A DNA stretch of 63,741 nt, the filler included, from Hausera hauseri (taxonomy: Eukaryota), in the NCBI GenBank assembly GCA_046269625.1. It is 13 parts of 13 records of this genome, joined end to end, with 100 filler letters (N's around TTAATTAATTAA, not from the genome) between each part and the next. Parts side by side here need not be neighbours in the genome. Positions count along the whole stretch, not along the records: positions 1 to 4,752 come from JBJURY010450024.1; positions 4,853 to 8,865 come from JBJURY010820419.1; positions 8,966 to 13,150 come from JBJURY010713548.1; 10 more parts are not named here. One strand, given 5' to 3'. The notes under the pieces were generated by a model. It did no database searches. It was not told where the DNA came from and saw only the letters and a program-made list of their open reading frames with translations. Below, piece after piece: positions 1-12,484 of this stretch (positions are counted from its first letter, which is position 1; every line of letters starts with the position of its first letter). Position numbers and translations under genes: made by a program.

Positions 1-1522
1 ACAAAAGACGTGAAACAGTAACACGAGAAAGACATAAGTAAGGAAAAGGATAGAATTAAAGAATACCCTTCTTTTTTATTACTCGGATAACTAACTGTAA
101 CTGTTCACTTCAAGATACGTTTTGTGTTAATCATTTTTATTCAATCTGTCAACCCGCTTCCATTTCATTTCTGTTTACGTTTCAGTGTGTCAGGTTAGGT
201 CACGCCAGATTTATTGCCGTGCAGGACTGCTTTGTTTAGTATAGTTTTAGTGTTACTGGGCCGGGGCAAAGTCAACTGCATTGTTTGGATGTGGGTGAGG
301 TTTACAGCGCATGCACGCGACAAAGTAAACACTATATACCGAATCTTAGATTATTAGTAGACTCGTTCGCTTGACACATGTTGGCTGCTTGGCTTATAAA
401 CTGAAATCAGGCTATTATCAACGCATTTTAGCCATTTCTTATTGACTCAGGTATGGTAGTCTGTTAGTATTGGACATGTGTTTATTTTAACCACAATTTA
501 CTTCCCCAGCTTCGTTAGCGTATATTTTAATCTCACAGTCTTTGTTCGTGAAAATTCGGTATAAATCTATTGGAAGGCACATTACAAGGCGGTTCCTTAT
601 ATGGTATTAGACTCAAACAACAAAAAGAAATGTGCCGGACTGGCATACTGACCAACATTGAAGGAACTTGTGGCGATCTGTAACAGAGACGTTTGCGTTG
701 GATTATTTTATTTCTCCATTGGGGACATTTGTTTTTCAATTTAGTGATGTGTGTTTCTCGGTTCCTAGTAGTCCGTCTCTCAGTTTGGAAAAATTTGTTT
801 CTCGATTTAGAAACGTGTTTCTCACTATGTAGACGTCTGTTTTCCGATTAGAGATATTTCTCCTGTCACAGCGGCTCTTTCTCCGTGATGTGATAGCAAG
901 GTCGATTCTAGATAAGACAACAACTAGTTGTACGTATTTAGGAAAAGATAGACATTGTGTACATGTTCAGTAGACAAGTGGGTCTAAACATCAATATCAA
1001 TCTCAATCTCAGAAAGACAGAATAACCCTGACTGAACGTTTACACTCAATCCCCATGTGTCACCTGGTATTTGAGATATAGTCGACGGCGGTGGAGCCAA
1101 TTTAATGTCACGTCTACTATAAAATGAACTTGACATAAAGGCCAATGAGAGTACATAGTCTAATGCCTGATATCAAAGGTTGACAGCAACTGAAGAAGCT
1201 TTAATGTATAGTCTATGTCCATGATATTTGATATTTACGTTATTAATTAATAAAACTTATTTATAAATGTGTAGCCAGAGTTGATGATGCAAAGTGTTAA
1301 ATTGCATCCCAATAGTGGAGTCACTGATTGCTGTTTATTTACTCTCATAAGCGTTAGTGGTGTTAGTTGGGCTTGGATCCTACCTTGCCTATTAAACAGG
1401 TAATACCTGTGTATTGGGAGTACTATCACTGTGTGCAGTCTTTTGTTAAAGAAGGGCAATTGCCCAAGTGAGCGCACAAAATACAAATGCACAGCTATCA
1501 CACATCATCAGGCAACTATCAC

Positions 1523-3536
1523 AGTAGGGGGTGAAGGGGCAGTGGTGGTGGTGTCGAGTTATGTCTTTGTATCGGGGATGGTAGCATGTTAGGTCTAGGT
1601 ATCATCAAGTGCTATGTCATTTAAAGGGTAGCACTGTTAGGGGTATTAGTTACCAAGACCTTCTGACACTTCCATGCTGTATTGTCTCCCATGAGGAGGG
1701 GTGATGAAGTTGGGTTGGTGGTGTGTTAGCTCTAGGTATCATCATATGCCATGTCGTATGAGGAGTAGCATTGTTAGGTTATTAGTAATCAATACCTTGT
1801 GACACCTCCATGCTGTATTGTTTCCCATGAGGAGGGGTAATGAGGTGGGGTGGTAGCGTGTTAGAACTAGGCATCATTATGTGCCATGTCGTAAAAGGGC
1901 AGCATTGTTAGGGTTATTAGTGACCAAGACATTCCAACACCTCCATGCTTAGGTGTATTGCTTCCATGAGGAGGGGTGATGAGGTGGGGTTGATGGCATG
2001 TTAGGTCTAGGCATCATCATGTGCCATGTTGTATGAGGGTTGTGTTTTGTATAGCGGCCATATTTTCAGTTAAGGTTGGGTTTCATAAGGGTGCTGGAGG
2101 TAGTTTAGGTCGTCTTCTTCATTCTTAGACAAGTGTATAGGGACATGGTGGGTCATGGAAGGGTCATATTTTCAGTTAAGGTTGGGTTTCATAAGGGTGC
2201 TGGATGTAGTTTAGGTCGTCTTCTTCATTCTTAGACAAGTGTTAGGGACATGGTGAGTCATGGAAGGGACATATTTTCAGTTAAGGTTGGGTTTCTTGAT
2301 GGTGCTGGAGGTTGTTTAGGTCATCTTTCTCATGCTTGGGCATGCTTATGGGAGCAAGTTTAGTCATGGAAGGCCATATTTTCTGTTAAGGTTTGGTTTC
2401 TTAATGGTGCTAGAGGTGGTTTATATCGTCTTCATCATGTCTGGCATTGTTATGGGAGCAAGTTTGGTCATGGAAGGGTCATATTTTCTGTCAAGGTTGG
2501 TTGTCTTAATGGTGCTGGAGATGGCTTAGGTCGTCTTCCGCATCCTTATGCATACTAATGGTAGCACATGTCGATAGTTTTCATATCGATGACTTTTCCT
2601 TTTGGCGACTTTTCATCTGGACATAAACATTGTCGACATCCTGAAATCACCCGATACACAGTACACAAAGTAAACATTTCGTTTCTGTGGCCAGTGTGTT
2701 ATTTTCATCAGTGCTGAATTTACTGTACGTTGTTATAAATATTACAACGCACAAATAACACTACATTCCTACAACCAAGACCCAATGTCTTTAGCTCCCA
2801 TAAGTACGCCCAGGCATGAGGAAGACAGCATAAACCAACTCCAGCAATCTTAAGAAACCAAACCTTAAGTGAAAATATGCCCCATTCCATGACCCAACTT
2901 GCTCCCATAGACATGCTCAAGCATGAGGAAGACGACCTAATCACCTCCAGCACCCTCATTATAGTCAACCTTAACAGAAACTATGAGCCTTCCATGACAC
3001 AACATACCCCTAAACACTTGCCTGAGAATGAAAAAGATAACCTAAACCACCTCCAGCACCTTTATGATACCCAATGTTAACAGAAAATATGACCTTTCCA
3101 TGACCAACCATGCCGCTATGCACTGCAGAAGATGACCTAAAACACCTCCAGCACCCATACGATACCAAATCTTAACAGAAATTATGACCCTTTTATGACC
3201 CACCACGCCCCTAAACACTTGTCTAAGAATGAAAAAGACGACCTAAACCAGCACTCTCATGGGGAATAATACACCTAAGCATGGAGGTATCGGAAAGTCT
3301 TGGTCACTAATAACCCTTACAATGCTATGCTTTTACGATATGGCACATGATGATACCTAGATCTAACACATTACCACCCCGCCTCATCATCCCTCTTTAT
3401 GGGAAAAATAAACCTAAGCATGGAGGTGTCTAAGGCCTTGGTCACTAATAACCCTAACAATGCTACCCCTTACACGGCATGGCACAAGATGATACCTATG
3501 TAACACGGCACCACTACCGCCCCTTCACCCCCTACT
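1523..3536. repeat. Foldback-like structure: long inverted arms made of two tandem subrepeat families
   Basis: Left end AGTAGGGGGTGAAGGGGC is the reverse complement of right end GCCCCTTCACCCCCTACT. Left arm: about 4 units of ~137 bp, then about 5 units of ~105 bp (CATATTTTCAGTTAAGGTTGGG). Right arm: the same units inverted, about 4-5 of ~105 bp then about 2 of ~139 bp. Unique spacer ~2545-2810. Confidence 0.85.
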
Positions 3537-4752
3537 CCACATAACTAAAGAAAAAAGGAATTACATCATCAAGCTGATGACATCATAAAAAAGAATGGTG
3601 GTGATGGTATATACATCATCTACTACCTATATATGTCATCAACAATGATGATTGGGTATCTAACTACATAAATAACTATACAAATATTTACTTACTTAAA
3701 TATATCTAATGGATGTGATGGAAGGTCTTGGTCACTAAAAACAATAAAGCCTTATAAGGTACATGATAACACCACTACCCCCGCCCCATCGACCCTACCA
3801 CCACCCCCGCTCCATCACCCCTAACTATTCTAACTACACATGTCATCAAACGAATGATGATGATGAAAATAAAAACTGCTGAGTTGGCGGAAAAAGATAG
3901 ACTCTAGAGAAACTATACTGAGGCAGCATGCCAGATCCCCATAAGGAGGTAGCCGCCAGAGGTTACTAGGGGAAGTACGCCAGAGCCCCATAGCCCCAAT
4001 TACTACATACGTCATAAAAAGATTGATGATGACAAATGCTGACGTTGGCAGAAAAAAATCCTAGTATTGTTACTCGGACGAGTTGTTCCCCTTGTCGTTG
4101 GGGGACGGGTGTATTTTGTTATATGGACTATATCCGTCCACCTAAAATACTTTTGTGTATGGGACCATTTATTCCCCTACAAAATCCTACCTCAAAACAA
4201 CCTGTATAACTTCTAACGTGTCTATATGATGTAGCCATTTCTCCCCATGATGGGTGTAAGCAAATGTGTACACACCTGTTTGATGTGGTACTCTGATCTA
4301 CCGACCAATGATTTGTCTCTCGTTGGTCTATTACTCTTTTGATGTCGAGACCCTCGTGTATGGCTTTATTCTGTATTATTTTTCTTTTCGTAGCCTTTCC
4401 CACTGTACATCACTGGAACATGTTTGCAAAGCTTAATCCAGATTGATTAACAGGCTTAGTTGTTAGGGAATGTGCATATACACACATCTGATTTTGGCTG
4501 GGATTGAGGTAAGACATGAAATAATAAAATCAATGAGTAAACATCTAAAATATTATAATCTAATTTAAAATCATCGTGACATTTGAAGTTCCTCTTCTTC
4601 CATCCACAGCACATCAGCTCTTGTTGGTTCTGAACTGAAGTTTGGCTGGAACAAGTCATATAACAATTCTCTTGATTGTACTTTGTTTTGTGTTTGATAA
4701 GTAAAGACAGCATTTAGAATTTGGTAAAGACCATATTATTCTTATTCATCCC

Positions 4753-4852
4753 NNNNNNNNNNNNNNNNNNNNNNNNNNNNNNNNNNNNNNNNNNNNTTAA
4801 TTAATTAANNNNNNNNNNNNNNNNNNNNNNNNNNNNNNNNNNNNNNNNNNNN
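4753..4852. other. Artificial contig linker (first of 12)
   Basis: N44-TTAATTAATTAA-N44, giving stops in all six frames. Identical linkers at 8866-8965, 13151-13250, 18265-18364, 23414-23513, 28986-29085, 34625-34724, 39493-39592, 44604-44703, 49957-50056, 54716-54815 and 59069-59168. Confidence 0.98.
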
Positions 4853-5609
4853 GCTATAGCACAACAGGCAAAAGTCACATGAAGTTGACTCCTACACCAT
4901 TCGACGCAGAATTAAATTCTGCACAAGATGGAACTTTCAAAAAAAATTTAGCTTCCAAGGAAAAAAAATTTTCTCAATAACATAAAAAATTTTCACAAGG
5001 TTCAAAAAATTTCCAACGCTCAGTACTTTTTTTCCCTAGGGGGGTCTGATCCAGAGGACTTTTTTCTGCCTATTTGTAGATACAAAAAATCGTTTTTGGA
5101 GATATAGATATACAGTGGTGACATTCAACTCGACTTATTTTGGCCGAAAATGGCACCTTGAGGTCAATACAATTTTATTGAAATCAGATTATGTTGTTGA
5201 AATTTATTTGAGCTGTACCAAAAATGAATTACAACATTGGTGTCAGAAGCACTGCGGCGCATACAGGCCAGGCTTAGCCGTGGTCCATCTGGAATTTTAA
5301 CGGCAAACGAACCGGGTAAGTTCGGTTATTGTTACTAAAGCACCCGGCATCATTTTTATTGCAGTTTTTATGACCTGTATCACTTTTGAGGTTTTATAAT
5401 AAATTCAATTTGTTATGTTGTGTACATTTTTCCGGTATCAGTCATTTGGAAGTATTTTTGGTATTTTTTATTGTACGTAACAATTTTAAATCCAACAGTC
5501 GTCGGTGTAACGTTTTTAGAAATATAATGCATCTTATATTCAGTAATACTAACGACAAAGTCTCGAAATTTCTCTTTATCGAACCTATTCGAAACCTCTT
5601 AAAATTCAA

Positions 5610-7260
5610 TTGTTTTTGCAGCCGCCATTGAGTGAAATGGGCAACGTTGGTAATGATACATATAAAGCGGTGGAGAAAACGTTTGATGTCGAGTACATAA
5701 GACATTCACAGCAAGGCAAAACATGTACGAGGGAGGCAGCAAAGGATCACCAGAATTCTGTTATTCAAGTAAGACAGGAAATGGCTCATAAGAAAACACT
5801 TATACTTGGAACAAATTATCATTCGTCATCAGGCACACAGAGATCGTACAAATAATAAAAAACTTTGTTGGATTTAACATTTTCTTTAAAAACAAATCCA
5901 GTGCCGTAAAGTTCATGCAGTTTCTACAAAACTATTTGTCATTACAATACGCAAAGTCAAAAAAATTGAAGTCACCAGACGACAACAACAATATGTACAA
6001 TCACAAATGTACGTACTATGTCAAAATTCCGGCAGTTCATGAAGATGATCTAGTTTGTTTAACGAAGACTTGTACACAACAAATAGGCATTTTAGATCTT
6101 TTGTGTCTTATGTTGCGAATCACCGATAAATACCATTTGATTGATCTGTTAAGGGCAGAAATTCGATACATTGATGCGACCGTCTATATCAACAAACATT
6201 TTTCTGCCAATGCACCAACTCGTAATTTAATTGAATTTCTTGTCCATAACGTTGCACTCTGCCCACCCCAAAGACTCAAATAGGTTAATTGTCATGTGTC
6301 AAAAGATCATTTATTATCTGATCCATACGTTTTACGATCAACTGGTATGAAAAAGGAAATTCAAATTGGATTACATTTAGGGAAGCTCTTAAAGCTCGGT
6401 GACTTGTTTATGAGATATGACTTGCGTTGTTTGAACTGCAACAACGAGGTTCATAATGGCATAAGACTGTCTTGCTGCTATGCCGGTATGATGTTCATCA
6501 GTTTCTTTTGGCATTTTGAAGACCACAGGAGCTACTCTACTAACTTTTTGCACTGTGGAGGGCCCAACACATGGTACGGTGTATCTAGCGAGAATGCCGA
6601 TCGATTTGAAGCAGCAATGCCAAAGCAGGCACCAGAAATTTTCGAGAATCACGAAACTCTATTGCATTACATTACGACTATCATGAACACTAATATTCCA
6701 ATGCTAGAATGTTTTGCTGTCTATCACACTAATCAGCAAACTGGACAGCTTGTTGCAACCTTTCACCAGCTTTATTATACTAGGTTTAACCAGGGCTTCA
6801 ATTTTGATAAATCCACAAATTTCAGCCTTACAAATTGGCTACCAATGGTTCGGTCCTGTGTTGAACAACTTGTTAGACTTCACCAACACTGTGTCATCTC
6901 ATGAAGAATGGCTGTGCACCATAACTGAGCAAAAGACGCTACCTAACGGCCATGTATGGCACAAATATTTTCTACCATCTGACCTCAACATCAATCGTAC
7001 CTATATATGTTTGAACGCTTACATTCGGTGGACAGTGTATGCAGAACTTGATATCTTTGTGGAGGAAGAGAACGTCAAAAGAACACGCCTAGCTAAATGC
7101 AATATGAAAAACCAACGAAAAGTACTTGAAAATTTGGCAGACAACGAGCGAGCCTGCGCATCATATCAAACTACATGTTTTCTATCAGCGATTCAGTATT
7201 GCTATACCAATGACAAAACGAATGTAACAAAGGCTTGCTATGCATACGAAAGGCATAGTC
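5610..7260 (+). pseudogene. KDM5: KDM5/JARID1/lid-like histone demethylase fragment (JmjC + C5HC2 finger), degraded
   Basis: YAGMMFISFFWHFEDHRSYSTNFLHCGGPNTWYGV...AAMPKQAPEIF...FNQGFNF...HCVISHEE, then DNERAC...TTCFLSAI. Frameshift near 6900; the distal metal-binding His is replaced (LYYTRFNQG versus AYHSGFNQG). Confidence 0.9.
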
Positions 7261-7573
7261 CGGTTCATTTGCAATATGTTGATGTAATGTTTTTTATCTA
7301 TGTACCCGAAACATACGTAACGTCTGTGGATAAATCCAAGATGACTTTCAATCAAAATTCAGCGCGATTTTCACCAGGCAATTGAGTGCCACTTTGACGG
7401 TTGGGTTCTGCGACAGTGATGACTTTACCCCGGTATTTGGTCGCAGTTGCGGCGTGACCGAGGCATCGGATGTTTGCCCAACGGCCGTGGAGCATGCGGC
7501 ACAACACATAAAAAACCTCACTCATACCCAGTCATAGTGGCAAAATCACCTTCCAACTCCTCGACATTCCAGT

Positions 7574-8491
7574 GTGTCGATTTTTTTGGACAGCCAAAAC
7601 TCCCCACGGACTTGGCTGCACTCCCATGCTCGTTGGCTAAAAGCTCACAATCTGACAGATTCTTTCTTAAAAGCCAACAGTCTTATTTACATTCCTTCTT
7701 TAAGATCACGTTTATCAAATCTTGCGGATATCTTTGCTGGAGGGGACCCTTATAACTCACTTCACACCGCAGTTCTAAAATTTACTGAACTATCTATCGA
7801 TGAAATAATTCAAAAAAATTTTAATGAAAACGCATTAGGTCACACCAAACCGTCCGAATTTTTTCGCACATCCCTTTCACAGCGCAGCACTCTGGGTGTA
7901 ACTCAAAACCACAATGCTGATCTCTTACGTCACTACTTTCTCCAGTCCCTGCCGAAAGAGATCAGGGCCCTATTTATTTTCGTTGAGGACAGTGTCTCGC
8001 TGGAAAAATTAGCTCAACTGGCTGGCAAAAGCTTTTATACACTACATGCTCAAAATTCACTCAGCATTGCAGCAGCATTCACAACATCAACAACTTACAA
8101 TCAACATACAATGTCGAATATTTACAGTCAGCTGCAATCATTATACGCCGAAAACGTTGCATTAAATCAAGCTATTACATCAATAACAGACAAATTGAAT
8201 CAAATTATAGTGCCACGCAGTTCTTTTTCTGGGAATCGACAACTCCCCACCAGATCAAATAGTTCTTCGCACAACAGTACGCGGCCACATCTACTTTTTA
8301 ATTCCAAATTTAAACAACGCGCCAACAAATGCTGCACAGTATGCAGATTTTATAATCAAAACTTTACATCAAATGACTCCGTCTGTGTTTATCACAACAA
8401 ATTTCGCGACAACGCTCACAAATGCCTACCAGGCTGTAAATTTTACAATTCTTTGGCACAGTCAAATTTACCAACGCATTCAAAAAACTAA
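7574..8491 (+). CDS. gag: Ty3/gypsy Gag (CsRn1/Kabuki-like)
   Basis: KPSEF...LLRHYFLQSLPKEIRAL...LEKLAQLA and C-terminal CVYHNKFRDNAHKCLPGCKF motif, preceded by a degenerate duplicate. Lies directly before a protease. Confidence 0.8.
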   Translation: MSIFLDSQNSPRTWLHSHARWLKAHNLTDSFLKANSLIYIPSLRSRLSNLADIFAGGDPYNSLHTAVLKFTELSIDEIIQKNFNENALGHTKPSEFFRTSLSQRSTLGVTQNHNADLLRHYFLQSLPKEIRALFIFVEDSVSLEKLAQLAGKSFYTLHAQNSLSIAAAFTTSTTYNQHTMSNIYSQLQSLYAENVALNQAITSITDKLNQIIVPRSSFSGNRQLPTRSNSSSHNSTRPHLLFNSKFKQRANKCCTVCRFYNQNFTSNDSVCVYHNKFRDNAHKCLPGCKFYNSLAQSNLPTHSKN

Positions 8492-8865
8492 CAATGCCAT
8501 CAGAAGTAACGGAAACTTCTGGTCAAGGCGCAAACGCTGCATTAAACAGCCGTAACGCATTCTTTGCTGTCTTTGCGCTGCAAACTACCACTACGTTCAA
8601 AAGTTCTTCCATCTCTTTTCTTATTGACACTGGAGCTGCAGTGTCACTTCTTCCTCTCTCTTATGAATCACACAGGTCTTCAATCCGTAAATTATTATTT
8701 ACTGCCAATGGTGATCCGCTGCGCACCATTGGCACTGCACATCTCTCTTTTTCTCTGCCCAATTTTTCCAAACCTTTTTCTTGGAAATTTATTATAGCAA
8801 ATGTACAAATTCCAATCCTGGGATCCGATTTTCTTTAACACTACAATTTGCTAGTTGATTGCAGA
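8482..8865 (+). pseudogene. pol: Retrotransposon aspartic protease (pol start, -1 frame relative to gag), truncated by contig end
   Basis: FLIDTGAAVSLLP ... TANG ... PILGSDFL, then an in-frame stop. A_AAA_AAC at 8482-8488 just before the gag stop. Confidence 0.88.
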
Positions 8866-9026
8866 NNNNNNNNNNNNNNNNNNNNNNNNNNNNNNNNNNN
8901 NNNNNNNNNTTAATTAATTAANNNNNNNNNNNNNNNNNNNNNNNNNNNNNNNNNNNNNNNNNNNNACCGTCACAGTGGCAACGGTTATAAACAACTACGT
9001 CTCATCAGCATCAATACGTCCAAAAA

Positions 9027-10257
9027 ATGCGATTCAAACGTAGTCATCCGTACTTTATTGCTTTACTCAAAGCACCTACGAGACATAAGCGAAATATGTT
9101 GCCATCATTCCCGCAATTTGTTGTGGACGATTTGATGGAAATCTTGTACAATATTGTTGTGGGTCACGTTGATATTGGTAGTGGAAAGCGGAATTTAATA
9201 AAGTATCGAAAATGACTCATTGGCCTTGCCAACGCCCCTAGTAAACGACTGAAACGATAGGACATTGTGGTGCCCACATTCACCCAATCGATGTTTGGCT
9301 TGCAAAAACAGAAATTTTGATGTAAAGTTATGTTTTTTTCATGTTGTTTAAATAATATGCGTTACGATTTTTTTATCTTTTACTGGTTTTTCTGGTTTCA
9401 TTATGACATTGACCGATAATGAACTCGATTTAATTATAGACGTTATAAATAGGAATCCTAACTGTACTCGCAGACAACTTCATAAAGCATTACCACGTGT
9501 TCCAGTAGTTGCGCTTTTACAACTGTGATGAAATTGCTGAAGAATATATTGATCATAAAGATGTAGAATTGTTCCTGAAGGAAAATTGTAAATTCATCGA
9601 TCCTAATCTACTTATAGATGATGTTCTAAAATCCTTCGTTAAAGAATACCATAATCAGTCTGTTCGGTTTGGTGATGTGTACAACGATATTGCAGATTAT
9701 TATAATAAAAAAGAAAATGCATCCACAAGTTCAAGTGGCGTTCGATATTCCGTTTTGTACAAATATTTTTCAGCTCTCATGTTGAATTAATCTTTACCAA
9801 TTCTGACTGAAAAAGAAAGTGGAATTGTTTTATGTTTAATAAGTTACGTTCTCAGTTTTACAAACAATACATTATTAAAGCATCCAGATTTTTGCGCGAA
9901 TTTCAACGAAATTATCGAATGGAGAATGGCACAATACCTGCTGAAAATGTTCTTGGAAAATGACGAATGGAATAATAAGAACGATGAAAATCTCAGAGAA
10001 GAGTTCAACATTCTGAAAGTCTACTCGGATAAAACAGATTATGATTTCGGTGACGAACAAGCACATTTTGTTGTATTTATTGAATCCATTCAGCATTAAA
10101 TCGAACAATGTTGATGTACAATGTGACTTGGTGACGGAACATTTATCGGAAAAAAATTATAATCACAGTCATGTATCAGCAAGATGCCGGATTCCTTGGT
10201 GCAATTCTACATATTGTCACGATATTACTGGGTGGACTCATTGGTGGAACAGTTTAG
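9027..10257 (+). pseudogene. Small basic Polinton core-like protein (QxxGFL + hydrophobic tail), split by a ~0.9 kb insert
   Basis: N-part RSHPYFIALLKAP...SKRLKR ends at ~9260; C-part YQQDAGFLGAILHIVTILLGGLIGGTV* at ~10170-10257. Contiguous in copy B. Confidence 0.7.
9262..10169 (+). other. Insertion carrying a decayed ORF of unknown function (~9403-10100)
   Basis: Absent from the homologous position in copy B. Reads MTLTDNELDLIIDVINRNP..., then ORF 9509-9790, and continues past a stop to ...FIESIQH*. Confidence 0.6.
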
Positions 10258-10295
10258 TATAAACAATGACGGTAAGTATATGACGATTTAGCGAC

Positions 10296-11430
10296 ATGGG
10301 TGCATGGTTTTCATAATTTTGTCCCAGTTTACCTAATCTGTCATTAACGTTTCGTTCTAATTGCTACAATGCAAACAAAAACGACATCATCGACGACGAC
10401 GACGGGCGACGTGTGGTTCGACCCGCGTCATCCCGTCGGGTTACTGGCCTCGACAAACTGGCAGAGACTGTCAAACAGATTCTGAAACTGACCCAACGTT
10501 GGCTCTGGAAACAGTTAGCATACAGCTTAAACATACTGATAAGAAGGCGGTTTCCAACTCGTGCATACTGTGCTGCAGGTGGAAATAACGTATGGCAAAT
10601 GGATCTGATGGAAATGATTCCGTACGCCAGCATCAACGATGGGCATCTGTACGTGCTGACATGCATTGATGTCTTTAGTCGTTGTGCACGTGCAATTAGC
10701 GTGAAATCTAAATCCGATAGAGATTGCCGACGCTGTTGACAGATTAATTGAACAACAAGAACAACCACCGAAACATGTACAAAGGGATTCGGATAAGGAA
10801 TTCTACAACGCCCACGTTGCAGCGATCATGAAACGTTTCGGCGTAAACCACTACTCCGTGTTTTCCCAATACAAGGCTGCACTCGTTGAACGATTTAATC
10901 GAACATTGCGCGGTAGCCTAAACACATTCTTTACAAAGCAAGGCAACAAAAGCTGGATAGATGTACTACCGGATATTATTCATGCATATAATCAATCAAC
11001 ACATCGTGGTATCAATGGATTACAGCCGGCTGACGTAATCGATGATTTGAACATGTGGCTCTATCAAAACCGACGAGGACGACCAATTAAACGCCCAAAA
11101 TATAAAATCGGTGCTTACGTACGTATTTTGAAAATAAGTACAACGCCATTCATTAAGAATTTCAATCAGAACTGGAGCGACGAGGTTTTCCGCATTTCGG
11201 CAATCAACACAAAACAAACACCTGTCATGTACGTTTTAGAGGATGAAAACGGTGAAAAAATACGCGTTAAATTCTACGAACAGGAACTGCAGGTACTGTC
11301 CGAGAAACCCGATGTATATCGTATTCAGAAAATTCTACGTTCACAAGGCAAAGGTTCGAATAAACAATATCTCGTCAAGTGGCACGGATACACTACACCG
11401 AGTTGGATTTTTGCATCGCAGGTTGAGTGA
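10296..11430 (+). pseudogene. Polinton c-integrase (rve + C-terminal chromodomain)
   Basis: WQMDLMEM...YVLTCIDVFSR, KEFYN, KAALVERFNRTLR, QNWSDEVFRI, FYEQELQ, KQYLVKWHGY..PSWI; stops and frameshifts in the 5' half. Confidence 0.92.
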
Positions 11431-12480
11431 TGAGCATTTATTTGATACTTGATAGTAACAGATTATCAGAATATGACAACAACAATAACAATACCGCTAA
11501 ACGGTTTACTATGGCTTTGGACCAGCCGCTAGACTTACGCTAAGGAGCCTGTGAAGTGGCTTTGGCGGAATTCACGTTTACATTTTCACCAATAACAATA
11601 CTTGATAACAGTGGAATATACTATACTCTAGTAAGGCAATCTCCTGCATCTAGTCGTTTGCCGTTAGTACTAGACTCTAATGAAATATTTCACGTTCGCA
11701 ATTACAAGCGGCAATGTTTCCAGGTTTATATTTTTCATTTAAACAATCGATTAATGCTAAAACACAAACATCCGATTGAATTGCAATTTAAATCACTAGC
11801 CGACGCACAGGCATGTGCGCTCGAAAGGTTTACAGCTCGGTGGACAAAGTATAATTAGTGGAAAATTGAACTTTTCCACTGCAAAAGCCACCGATATTAC
11901 AGTGAACTGGCAAAAGACTGAATCATTCTTTTACTCTCATATAGAATTGTGTACCACCATCAAGGCAGTAGCTAAATTGGCTCTCAAGACATTTGAATTA
12001 AACTCTGGTGGTCGTATTTCGTTTACACTACACGATAATGTTACATGTTTTGCCTTTGATAAATTATTGGCAAGAAATCTGGGTTTTAAGAAACGTGAAT
12101 TTGGTCACACCGGCGGCGGACGGTCCATTGTAGCTAAACACAAACCACGTCTCTACGAAGCATTTCATCGAATCAATATTTTAACGGATCTAACTGAACC
12201 CGTATACGTTGGCGGAGACCGTAAACAACTATTGGCTTCTATTGGACTGGATTCGGACACGTACAAAACACCGGGTGAAACTGCTCATGTAAATATCATC
12301 CGGCCCATGTATTTATCGTTGTCTCGCAATGTTGCACACAGTATTTCTGTGCATATAGTAGACGAATTTTGGAAACCCATTAAATTTCTGTTTGATGCTA
12401 AATTTTCGTCGTCGTCGTCGTCGTTGATAATAAACAAACTGCGTCATCACTATCATTATTACCATTATCATCATTATTGA
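11430..12480 (+). pseudogene. Polinton minor capsid (penton)-like protein 1
   Basis: N-term IYLILDSN...NT..RF..LDQPLDL..EVALAEF; C-term INILTDLTEPVYVGG..KQLLASI...RPMYLSL...ISVHIVDEF..PIKF. Matches the Polinton penton end motifs. Confidence 0.7.
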
Positions 12481-12484
12481 AATA

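Noticed and set aside
1570-2540. Tandem repeats as a CRISPR array, or ORFs 2332-2529 and 2877-3080 as genes
   Set aside because: Whole units repeat with no unique spacers, there are no cas genes, the context is eukaryotic, and the ORFs are repeat translations.
4128-4403. KSILGG resembling parvovirus NS1 motif B'
   Set aside because: No Walker A, Walker B or motif C around it; likely chance.
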